Positions 56,734-64,000 of a stretch of DNA of 64,000 bases are shown one piece after another (the first letter of the stretch is position 1; each line of letters opens with the position of its first letter). Origin of the DNA: Gemmatimonadota bacterium (GTDB taxonomy: Bacteria > Gemmatimonadota > Gemmatimonadetes > Gemmatimonadales > Gemmatimonadaceae); contig JAZJZK010000014.1 in NCBI GenBank assembly GCA_040389905.1, positions 1-64,000 of the forward strand, written 5' to 3'. Both the position numbers and the translations under genes were made by a program. The notes beneath the pieces were generated by a model. The model had not been told where the DNA came from and did not search any database. It worked only from the letters and a program-made list of their open reading frames with translations.

Positions 56734-57220
56734 GATTGAGGAACGGATCTGACGGGTGCAACGGAAACAACACGGAACTAGTGGTCATCAAGGACTCTCG
56801 GCGAGACCAACCGGTAGAACTTTGGATCGGGGCCGTAGTGAAGAACAAGCCCCACGTCGATGGAACCGCAGCGAAGACAATTGAGTAGCTGACGCTGAGA
56901 TGTTGGTGGAAGAATAGCGGACGACTTTGCTTCAACCACGACGCGTTCTTCCACCAACAAGTCGCATCGATACCGCCCCGCGATGAATCCCTTGTAGTAG
57001 ATCATTACAAGCGCCTCCTGCCTTACATGAAGACCACGAAGGCGTAGTTCAATCGCGAGAGCGTTCACGTAGACTTGCTCGAGGAAGCCAAACCCAAGTG
57101 TGTTGTACGTCTCGTAGAACGCGCTGATAATGGTACCTGTGAGCTCCCGCTCCAGGAGTCGACCCCTTTGCGCTCGATCTGGCTGTTTCCGTTGCATCCG
57201 TCAATATCCGCTCCTTAATC
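56734..57220. mobile_element. Putative GxxExxY nuclease element bounded by ~35-bp imperfect terminal inverted repeats
   Basis: Left 56734-56768 GATTGAGGAACGGATCTGACGGGTGCAACGGAAAC; right 57185-57220 revcomp GATTAAGGAGCGGATATTGACGGATGCAACGGAAAC. Mobility is inferred; no TSD seen. Confidence 0.6.
56778..57197 (-). CDS. GxxExxY protein (PD-(D/E)XK nuclease superfamily)
   Basis: LGFGFLEQVY (GxxExxY), RCDLLVEERVVVEAKS (D...ExK), QLLNCL, GLVLHYG; 139 aa. Confidence 0.92.
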   Translation of the reverse strand: MQRKQPDRAQRGRLLERELTGTIISAFYETYNTLGFGFLEQVYVNALAIELRLRGLHVRQEALVMIYYKGFIAGRYRCDLLVEERVVVEAKSSAILPPTSQRQLLNCLRCGSIDVGLVLHYGPDPKFYRLVSPRVLDDH

Positions 57221-57276
57221 TGCAGAAGCGTCATCAAATTCACTCAGCCCGAATCATTCGAGCGAATCTCCGAGTA

Positions 57277-57795
57277 TCAGATGCTTTTGAACAACTCGAA
57301 CGGCTGCCTGCACGCCCGGCACCAGCATACCGCCTTGCACGCCGTCGATCCGTATTCCGAGCGAGTCTCCGTCTCATACGAATCGCAATACGGACACTGG
57401 ACTGAAGGTCGCACACGCAGCAGTTGCACGAGGTCGCCAGGGGAATCTGTCCGCAGCGGCGGCGCTATTCCATATGCCTTGAGCTTTGCCCTGGCTTCCG
57501 GCGGAATCCAATCGGTCGTCCACGCCGGCGCATAGACCGTCCGCACCAACACGTCGGCAACGCCCGCCGTTCGAATCGCGGAAATGATATCCGCCTCGAT
57601 CACCGCGATTGCCGGACATCCACTGTACGTCGGCGTCACCGTGACGATGACCGCGCCAGACGAATCGACGGACACATCGCGCACGATCCCAAGTTCCCGC
57701 ACGCTCAAGACCGGAACTTCGGGATCCATCACCGAATCGAGAATCCCCAGGATGTCCTCGCGCGTGAACGCACGAGGCGCGACGCCGTCTACCAC
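57277..57795 (-). CDS. paaD: Phenylacetyl-CoA epoxidase subunit PaaD
   Basis: VMDPEVPVLSVRELG, TPTYSGCPA, PAWTTDW, CPYC...GSTACK...CRACRQPFELFK. Confidence 0.92.
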   Translation of the reverse strand: MVDGVAPRAFTREDILGILDSVMDPEVPVLSVRELGIVRDVSVDSSGAVIVTVTPTYSGCPAIAVIEADIISAIRTAGVADVLVRTVYAPAWTTDWIPPEARAKLKAYGIAPPLRTDSPGDLVQLLRVRPSVQCPYCDSYETETRSEYGSTACKAVCWCRACRQPFELFKSI

Positions 57796-58586
57796 GTCGC
57801 GCCTGGATGCGACCGCGCGACGATCTGCATCTCGGCGAGCATGTGGCCCAGGAACTCGGTATGCGCGCCGCACCTGCCGCCGCGCGCACTGGCGGCGCGC
57901 GGCACATCGTGCGGAACGGTCAATGTCGCGCGATCCAGCACGTCGCGCACGAGCGTATCCCACTGCGTGCGCACCGCAGACAATTCGGGTGCGGCGCCAG
58001 CCTCGAGCATCGTACGATCGACATCGTCCGGCGCGAACAACTCTGCTGTGAATCGCCATAAATCATCGACTGCGCACTGCGCGCGGCGATGACTCTCCTC
58101 AGTACCGTCGCCGAGCTTGAGCATCCATTCACCGCTATGGCGGACGTGGTACTTCGCTTCCTTCAATGCTTTCGCGGCAATGGCTGCAATCTCTGGATCG
58201 CTGCCCTTGGCGAGTCCGTCGAGCATCACCACGGCATAGACGTCGAAGAGGAACTGCCTCGCAATCGTGAACGCAAAATCGCCGCGCGGAAGTTCCACGA
58301 GCTGGCAGTTCCTGAATTCCACGGCCTCGCGGAAGTACGCGAGTGCGTCCTCGTCGCGCCCCTTCCCTTCCTCTTCGCCCGCCAGGCGGAGAAACATGGT
58401 CGCCTGGCCGATGAGGTCGAGCGCGACATTCGACAGCGCGATGTCCTCCTCGAGGATCGGACCGTGACCGCACCACTCACTCAGCCGGTGGCCAAGAACG
58501 AGGCGATCATCCCCAAGACGCAGCAGCAATTCGACGCGCGCATTCGGCGGTTCGACAGCAGCGGGTACAACGGACGGCGCGGTCAT
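57789..58586 (-). CDS. paaC: Phenylacetyl-CoA epoxidase subunit PaaC
   Basis: LGDDRLVLGHRLSEWCGHGPILEEDIA, KEAKYH, LGDGTEES, HPGATW. Confidence 0.93.
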   Translation of the reverse strand: MTAPSVVPAAVEPPNARVELLLRLGDDRLVLGHRLSEWCGHGPILEEDIALSNVALDLIGQATMFLRLAGEEEGKGRDEDALAYFREAVEFRNCQLVELPRGDFAFTIARQFLFDVYAVVMLDGLAKGSDPEIAAIAAKALKEAKYHVRHSGEWMLKLGDGTEESHRRAQCAVDDLWRFTAELFAPDDVDRTMLEAGAAPELSAVRTQWDTLVRDVLDRATLTVPHDVPRAASARGGRCGAHTEFLGHMLAEMQIVARSHPGATW

Positions 58587-58927
58587 ACGCCGCGAACGCC
58601 GCGGGGCACCTTGTAGAACTGCGGATGACGATAGGCCTTGTCGGCACCCGGATCGAAGAAGGGGCCGGCCTCTCCGGGTGATGATGCGGTGATCGCCCCC
58701 GCGGGCACCACCCACAGCGAGATCACCCCGCCACGACGAGCGTACACGTCGCGCGCGTTCTGAAGTGCCTGCTCCGCGTCGGTTGCGTGGAGCGAACCGG
58801 CGTGCTCATGCGGCGCGCCTTGCTCGCTCTGCGTGAAGACCTCCCAGAGCGGCCACTGGCTGTCTGGAGCGATGGCCTCGGCTTGCTCGGCCGCCGCGTC
58901 GGGCTGATTCAACACCGTGCTCGACAC
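58583..58927 (-). CDS. paaB: Phenylacetyl-CoA epoxidase subunit PaaB
   Basis: WPLWEVF, HAGSLHA, ALQNARDVYARR, SLWVV, DKAYRHPQFY. Confidence 0.93.
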   Translation of the reverse strand: MSSTVLNQPDAAAEQAEAIAPDSQWPLWEVFTQSEQGAPHEHAGSLHATDAEQALQNARDVYARRGGVISLWVVPAGAITASSPGEAGPFFDPGADKAYRHPQFYKVPRGVRGV

Positions 58928-58930
58928 GCG

Positions 58931-59905
58931 CTACGCCGCTGACGATGCGCGAGCAGCACGCTGCTTCGACGCATATGCACTCGCCGCCTCTCGCACCCAC
59001 GCGCCTTCATCGTGCGCCTTCCGGCGCGCCTCGAGGCGCTCACGGTTGCAGGGGCCGTTTCCGCGGACGACCTGATGGAACTCCTCCCAATCAATCGGTC
59101 CGAAATCCCAGTTCTCGGTTTCCGAATTGAATGTCAGCGCCGGATCGGGCAGTGTGAGATTGACGGCGGCCGCTTGAGGTACCGTCAAATTGATGAAACG
59201 TTGGCGCAATTCGTCATTCGTCTTGCGCTTCACCTTCCAACGGATGAGTTCGGCCGTATTGGGCGAGTCGGTGTCGCTCGGTCCGAACATCATCAGCGAC
59301 GGCCACCACCACCGGTTCACCGCGTCCTGCACCATGGCTTTCTGTGCGGGCGTTCCGTTGGCGAGCGTCGCGACGATTTCGTAGCCCTGACGCTTGTGGA
59401 AGTTCTCTTCCTTGCAGACGCGAATCATCGCGCGCGCGTAGGGGCCATAGGACGCCTTGGCGAGGATCGTCTGATTGACGATCGCCGCGCCGTCCACGAA
59501 CCAGCCAATGACGCCGATGTCCGCCCACGACAGCGTGGGATAGTTGAAAATGCTCGAGTACTTCGCGCGCCCATCGAGCAGCTGATCGATCAATTCCGCG
59601 CGGTCGACGCCGAGTGTCTCGGTGCCGCAATAGATGTAGAGGCCGTGCCCGGCTTCGTCCTGAACCTTGGCGATCAGCGAAACCTTGCGCCGCAGCGACG
59701 GGGCCCGCGTGATCCAGTTGCCTTCCGGAAGCATACCCACGATTTCGGAATGCGCGTGCTGCGACATCATGCGCACCAGCTGCCGTCGGTACTTCTCTGG
59801 CATCCAGTCCTTGGGCTCGATGCTCTCACCGGCGGCGATGCGAGCCTCGAAGGCTGCGACAAGCGCGGGATCTTCTGCGGGTGGGGTAGCGCGCGTCTGG
59901 TTCAC
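58931..59905 (-). CDS. paaA: Phenylacetyl-CoA epoxidase catalytic subunit PaaA
   Basis: [52 protein letters not shown] with GGAGG RBS. Confidence 0.95.
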   Translation of the reverse strand: MNQTRATPPAEDPALVAAFEARIAAGESIEPKDWMPEKYRRQLVRMMSQHAHSEIVGMLPEGNWITRAPSLRRKVSLIAKVQDEAGHGLYIYCGTETLGVDRAELIDQLLDGRAKYSSIFNYPTLSWADIGVIGWFVDGAAIVNQTILAKASYGPYARAMIRVCKEENFHKRQGYEIVATLANGTPAQKAMVQDAVNRWWWPSLMMFGPSDTDSPNTAELIRWKVKRKTNDELRQRFINLTVPQAAAVNLTLPDPALTFNSETENWDFGPIDWEEFHQVVRGNGPCNRERLEARRKAHDEGAWVREAASAYASKQRAARASSAA

Positions 59906-60026
59906 CAGGCCTCCAACAAGCCCGAAGGTAGTGCTGTATAACAGGTTGGCGTACCTCTTGAATCTATACTGCGATGGGCACGCCGGACAATCGACGCACA
60001 CGGCTCCAGCGAGATATCTTCCACTC

Positions 60027-60815
60027 ATGCTTATCAGGCCTGCGGTCCAGGGAACTACCGTCGCCGGCGGCGACGTCTCCGTGACGATTTCCGACGGCAT
60101 CGGCACGGTGCTGTTCTCGCACCCCAAGAGCAATTCGCTTCCGGCTGCATTGCTTCGCCGCATTGCCGAGGCGGTCACGTGGGTGGGCCGAGACGCCGCG
60201 GCCAAAGTGATCGTCCTGCGCAGCGAGGGAACGGGACCATTCTGCGCGGGTGCATCGTTCGATGAACTCGTCGGCATTGCGAGCGCGGAACAGGGAGAAG
60301 AATTCTTCAGCGGCTTCGCTCGCGTGATTCTCGCGATGATCACCGCGCCCAAGTTCGTGCTTGTGCGCGTTCATGGCCGGACCGCCGGTGGCGGTGTTGG
60401 CATCGCGGCGGCTGGGGACTACACCTTTGCGGTGAAGACGGCGTCCGCAAAACTCAGCGAGCTGGCGATCGGGATCGGTCCGTTCGTGGTCGGGCCTGTC
60501 ATCGAGCGCCGAATCGGGTGCGGCCCGTATGCCGCGATGTCCGTTGACGCCGATTGGCGCGATGCCGAGTGGGGCGAGCGCCATGGGCTGTACGCCCGCG
60601 TCTTCGATGACATCGCGTCCATGGATGCAGCGATCAATGCGCTGGCAGGGACGCTGGCGGCCTCGAACCCCGACGCGATGACTGAAATGAAGCGCGTCTT
60701 CTGGGAGGGAACCTCTCACTGGCCGGAATTTCTGGCCGAGCGTGCGAAGATTTCTGGGGGCTTGGTGCTTTCGGAGTTCACGCGCGCATCGATTGCAAAA
60801 TTCAAGGGGCGCTAG
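60027..60815 (+). CDS. Enoyl-CoA hydratase/isomerase family protein (possible PaaF-role or methylglutaconyl-CoA hydratase-like)
   Basis: [38 protein letters not shown]. Confidence 0.82.
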   Translation: MLIRPAVQGTTVAGGDVSVTISDGIGTVLFSHPKSNSLPAALLRRIAEAVTWVGRDAAAKVIVLRSEGTGPFCAGASFDELVGIASAEQGEEFFSGFARVILAMITAPKFVLVRVHGRTAGGGVGIAAAGDYTFAVKTASAKLSELAIGIGPFVVGPVIERRIGCGPYAAMSVDADWRDAEWGERHGLYARVFDDIASMDAAINALAGTLAASNPDAMTEMKRVFWEGTSHWPEFLAERAKISGGLVLSEFTRASIAKFKGR

Positions 60816-60826
60816 GCAAACCCATC

Positions 60827-60909
60827 GAACGCGGATCGAGCGGATTGAACTGAAAACGCGCGGATCACTGATCAGAATTGATCCGCTTCAATCCGCTCAA
60901 TCCGCGTTC
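60827..60909. repeat. Palindrome of 9-nt GCGGATYGA units
   Basis: GAACGCGGATCGAGCGGATTGAA versus right-arm revcomp GAACGCGGATTGAGCGGATTGAA (22/23); inner GCGGATCA/TGATCCGC. Confidence 0.85.
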
Positions 60910-60946
60910 ACTGTGCCGCGACTCCTGCACTGACCCTGTGAGGCTG

Positions 60947-62140
60947 TTACGTCGTTGGCGGATTGAACGCCTCATGCTGCCCCTCGACCCAGCTCCGGTG
61001 ATACGACGGATCCTCGATGTCGAGCGCCTGCTTGGCCACCCTGAGCGGACGAAACGTGTCCATCATGACCGCATATTCGTCGGTGCCTTTCGCGCCCATG
61101 CTCGCTTCCGCGCGCCCAGGATGCGGTCCATGCGGTATACCATCGGGATGATGCGTAATGGAACCGAATTCGATTCCTTTTCGGCTCATGAACTCGCTCG
61201 AGGCGTAGTAGATCACCTCGTCTGAATCCACGTTGCTGTGGTTGTACGGCGCGGGGATCGCTTCCGGATGGAAATCGAATGGACGCGGACAGAAGGAGCA
61301 CACCACGAATCCGTCGCCCTGGAAGGTCTGGTGCACGGGCGGCGGCTGATGCACCCGCCCGACGATCGGCTCGAAGTCCTGGATGTTGAACGCCCACGGA
61401 TAGAACTGCCCATCCCAGCCAATGACATCGAGGGGATGGTGGTCGAGCACGATCTCATTGATTCCATCGTACTGCTTGACGAGGATGCGGAAGTCGCCGC
61501 GTTCGTCGTGGGTCACGAGATTGCGTGGGATGCGAATGTCTCGCTCGGAGAATGGCGCACCTTCGATGAGCTGCCCATACTCGTTGCGATAGCGCTTCGG
61601 CGGCCTGGTGTGACCTCGCCCCTCGATGACAAGGAGCTTGGTCTGCTCTGCCTCCACGTCGAAGCGGTAGCGGTGCATGATCCCGCGATGAATGACGAGA
61701 TAGTCGCCCTCACCGAACGGGAGATCGCCGTACTGCGTTTCGAGATGTCCCTTCCCTTTCGCGACGTAGACGATCTCGTCCGCCTGCGCGTTCCTGTAGA
61801 AGTGTTCGTCGGCGACGGTAGGCTCCACGTAGAGCATGGCCACGTCGGCGTTGAACAACAGGGGAACGCGATCGAGGGTCGGGCTACCGCCAGGCTTCAC
61901 CTGCGCGGTTTTGAAATGCCTGTGTTTGAGCGTCAGGTCGAGATCCGCCTCGAGCTTCGTCTCCATGAGTCGCTTGACCGACTGCACCGTCGTCGGCGGA
62001 TGCACATGGTACAAGAGCGCAGACGTTCCCGTGAACCCTTCGTGCCCCACGAGCTGCTCGGCATAGAGCCCGCCGTGCGGCTTTCGAAACGCGATGTGTC
62101 GCTTTCGCGGTATCTGCCCGAGCGTGTGGTAGTACGGCAT
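60947..62140 (-). CDS. hmgA: Homogentisate 1,2-dioxygenase
   Basis: IPRKRH, HHPLDVIGWDG, HQPPPVHQTF, PYNHSNVDSDE, HPDGIPHGPHPG, AVMMDTFRPL. Confidence 0.93.
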   Translation of the reverse strand: MPYYHTLGQIPRKRHIAFRKPHGGLYAEQLVGHEGFTGTSALLYHVHPPTTVQSVKRLMETKLEADLDLTLKHRHFKTAQVKPGGSPTLDRVPLLFNADVAMLYVEPTVADEHFYRNAQADEIVYVAKGKGHLETQYGDLPFGEGDYLVIHRGIMHRYRFDVEAEQTKLLVIEGRGHTRPPKRYRNEYGQLIEGAPFSERDIRIPRNLVTHDERGDFRILVKQYDGINEIVLDHHPLDVIGWDGQFYPWAFNIQDFEPIVGRVHQPPPVHQTFQGDGFVVCSFCPRPFDFHPEAIPAPYNHSNVDSDEVIYYASSEFMSRKGIEFGSITHHPDGIPHGPHPGRAEASMGAKGTDEYAVMMDTFRPLRVAKQALDIEDPSYHRSWVEGQHEAFNPPTT

Positions 62141-63279
62141 TACAGATTTCCTCGAAGCCCCTGCTCGCGTTCGATCGCCTCGAACAACGCCTTGAAGTTT
62201 CCAGCGCCAAAACTCTTCGCGCCCTTTCGCTGGATGATCTCGTAGAACACCGTCGGACGATCTTCGACGGGTTTGGTGAAGATCTGCAGCAGGTAGCCGT
62301 CCGGGTCGCGATCGATCAGGATGCCCAGCGTTGCCAGCTCGTCGACGGGTTCATCGATCTTGCCGATGCGCGCCTGCAGTTCATCGTAGTACGTCGTCGG
62401 CACCGTGAGGAATTCCACGCCGCGGTCGCGCAGGGACGTCACCGTCTTGATGATGTCATCCGTCGCCAGCGCCATGTGCTGTACGCCCGGGCCCTTGTAG
62501 AAGTCGAGATACTCGTCAATTTGCGACTTGCGCTTGCCCTGCGCCGGTTCGTTGATCGGGAACTTGATGCGGTCGTTGCCGTTCGCCATGACCTTCGACA
62601 TCAGCGACGAGTATTCGGTGCTGATCTGCTTGTCGTCGAAGGTGAGCAAGTTTCGGAAGCCCATCACGTGCGAGTAAAAGTCGACCCAGTCGTTCATGCG
62701 TCCGAGTTCGACGTTCCCCACGCAGTGGTCCACATACTTGAGACCGACGTCCGATGGCGTGTAATGCGCCTGCGCCGGCCGATACCCTGGCATGAAAAGC
62801 CCGCGATAGTTCTTCCGCTCGACGAGCGAATGAATCGTTTCGCCATAGATGCGGAACGACGCGATGATGATTTCGCCATCGTCGTCGCGCATGACGGTGG
62901 GCTCCTGCTCCGGAATGGCACCGCGAGCAACTGCCTTCTCGAACGCATCACGCGCGTCGTCTACCCAGAGCGCAATGTCGCGGACACCGTCGCCATGGGC
63001 GTACACATGGTCGGCAATTCGGCGGGCGTCATCGCTGAGGTCCGGGCGAATAGCCGTGGTGAAGACGAAGCGAATTTTCCCCTGCTGTAGCAGGTAGCTC
63101 GCGCGGTCACGACAGCCCGTCTCAGGCCCTCGGTAGCCGACGAGCTGGAATCCGAAGGCCGCTCGATAGAAGTACGACGCTTGCCGCGCGTTCCCGACGT
63201 AGAACTCGATGAAATCGGTCCCGTTGATGGGAAACGTGTCGTGAACTTCCGGAGCGGCCTCGAGTGTCGCGGTAGCCAT
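62140..63279 (-). CDS. hppD: 4-hydroxyphenylpyruvate dioxygenase
   Basis: HGDGVRDIAL, VDHCVGNV, INEPA, GVQHMAL, LLQIFT, FYEIIQRKG..FGAGNFKALFEAIEREQ..RGNL. Confidence 0.95.
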   Translation of the reverse strand: MATATLEAAPEVHDTFPINGTDFIEFYVGNARQASYFYRAAFGFQLVGYRGPETGCRDRASYLLQQGKIRFVFTTAIRPDLSDDARRIADHVYAHGDGVRDIALWVDDARDAFEKAVARGAIPEQEPTVMRDDDGEIIIASFRIYGETIHSLVERKNYRGLFMPGYRPAQAHYTPSDVGLKYVDHCVGNVELGRMNDWVDFYSHVMGFRNLLTFDDKQISTEYSSLMSKVMANGNDRIKFPINEPAQGKRKSQIDEYLDFYKGPGVQHMALATDDIIKTVTSLRDRGVEFLTVPTTYYDELQARIGKIDEPVDELATLGILIDRDPDGYLLQIFTKPVEDRPTVFYEIIQRKGAKSFGAGNFKALFEAIEREQGLRGNL

Positions 63280-63420
63280 GGATCCTCTCGATGAGCAAAG
63301 TCTGAATCGAAAGTTAAGAGTTGCGAGCCCGCCAGCAACCGACAATGCACGACCCGCCGATCCATTTGGTCAGGTCGCGCTTGCTCACAAATCAAGGTCG
63401 ATCGAGTTGGCACGCCTTTT

Positions 63421-63589
63421 TTCACCGCTGAGGGCGCGGAGGAGCAGAGGTTCGCAGAGGACTGCACGAAGTGCATGCCCTTCGCGGAGTCTACCCTCGA
63501 GGAGCGCGAGCGACGAAGGGCTCAGGGCGACAAAACGAGCGTGCTTTTCCTCTGCGCTCCTCCGCTCCTCTGCGACCTCTGCGGTTGAA
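63421..63589. repeat. Composite element: outer (CGCAGAGG-type) palindrome enclosing a REP-like unit
   Basis: Left TTCACCGCTGAGGGCGCGGAGGAGCAGAGGTTCGCAGAGGA; right revcomp TTCAACCGCAGAGGTCGCAGAGGAGCGGAGGAGCGCAGAGGA; inner unit 63478-63540. Confidence 0.8.
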
Positions 63590-63643
63590 TCGCGTTGGTC
63601 TCCGGACGCGCACTGGAGCCTTGGCAGTGCACGCTATCAGCCC

Positions 63644-64000
63644 TTAACCTCCCAAGTCGTCCAGATCCCGGTATAACTCCAACGCCTCGGGATTCGCCAA
63701 CGCATCTGTATTCTTGACCGGCCGGCCATGCACCACATCTCGCACCGCCAACTCCGAGATCTTCCCGCTGATCGTTCTCGGAATGTCCGCAATCTGGATG
63801 ATCTTCTTCGGCACATGATGCGGTGTCACATTCTCGCGGATCCGTCGCCTGATCTGGTCGCGTAGGCCGTCGTCGAGCGTCGTGCCCGTTTGCAGCCGAA
63901 CAAAGAGCACGATCCGTACGTCCTTGCCGCGCTTGTTCGTGATCTCCTGCCCGATCACGAGGCTTTCCAGCACCTCCGGCAAGTACTCGACCTGGCGATA
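63644..64000 (-). CDS. Acetoacetate-CoA ligase (3' end only, runs off the right edge)
   Basis: [47 protein letters not shown], typical of the AACS C-terminus; adjacent to hppD/hmgA. Confidence 0.85.
   Translation of the reverse strand, partial: YRQVEYLPEVLESLVIGQEITNKRGKDVRIVLFVRLQTGTTLDDGLRDQIRRRIRENVTPHHVPKKIIQIADIPRTISGKISELAVRDVVHGRPVKNTDALANPEALELYRDLDDLGG

Noticed and set aside
56720..57235. Target-site duplication around the GxxExxY element
   Set aside because: No matching direct repeat found immediately outside the arms, so classical DDE-type transposition is not supported.
46403..60352. Long N-terminal extensions in the ORF track for paaZ, paaH, paaD, paaC and paaA (also the SBP, pdxH and the 5585 amidohydrolase)
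   Set aside because: They overlap neighbouring real genes; internal starts with stop/start overlaps or an RBS fit the family lengths.

Overview
High-GC bacterial chromosomal window. The gene content suggests Gemmatimonadota (inference from SusC/SusD plus a stand-alone plug lipoprotein, alternative complex III and BlaI/M56). From left to right: (1) the 5' part of an alternative complex III operon (actA-actB-actC) behind a perfect Rex box; (2) a minus-strand run of two amidohydrolases, a class-III aminotransferase, TrmJ, a heparinase II/III-like protein, an ABC binding protein and a GH38, interrupted by two oppositely oriented ABC permeases; (3) M15 peptidase, dedA, sodA, speA, pdxH, an ABC-2 exporter, TIGR00266 and a secreted amidohydrolase; (4) BlaI/M56 with an ABC exporter, then SusC/SusD; (5) an accessory block of YceI, a cytochrome c/PHM-like copper monooxygenase fusion, a Cys-less asparagine-synthetase-like enzyme, two paralogous ATP-grasp ligases and a nucleotidyltransferase; (6) an ~18 kb aromatic amino-acid catabolism cluster (phhA, paaGHJYZ, fused 2-oxoacid dehydrogenase E1, paaABCD, hppD, hmgA, acetoacetate-CoA ligase) containing a MATE gene with an attenuator-like leader. 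The most striking unexplained structure is a GxxExxY PD-(D/E)XK nuclease gene bracketed by ~35-bp inverted repeats. A gene-less copy of the same repeat pair lies 51 kb away, and several related palindromes with 9-nt periodicity occupy other intergenic gaps, suggesting a nuclease/repeat mobile system. No rRNA, tRNA or CRISPR array was seen. All calls come from manual motif reading; no database searches were run.
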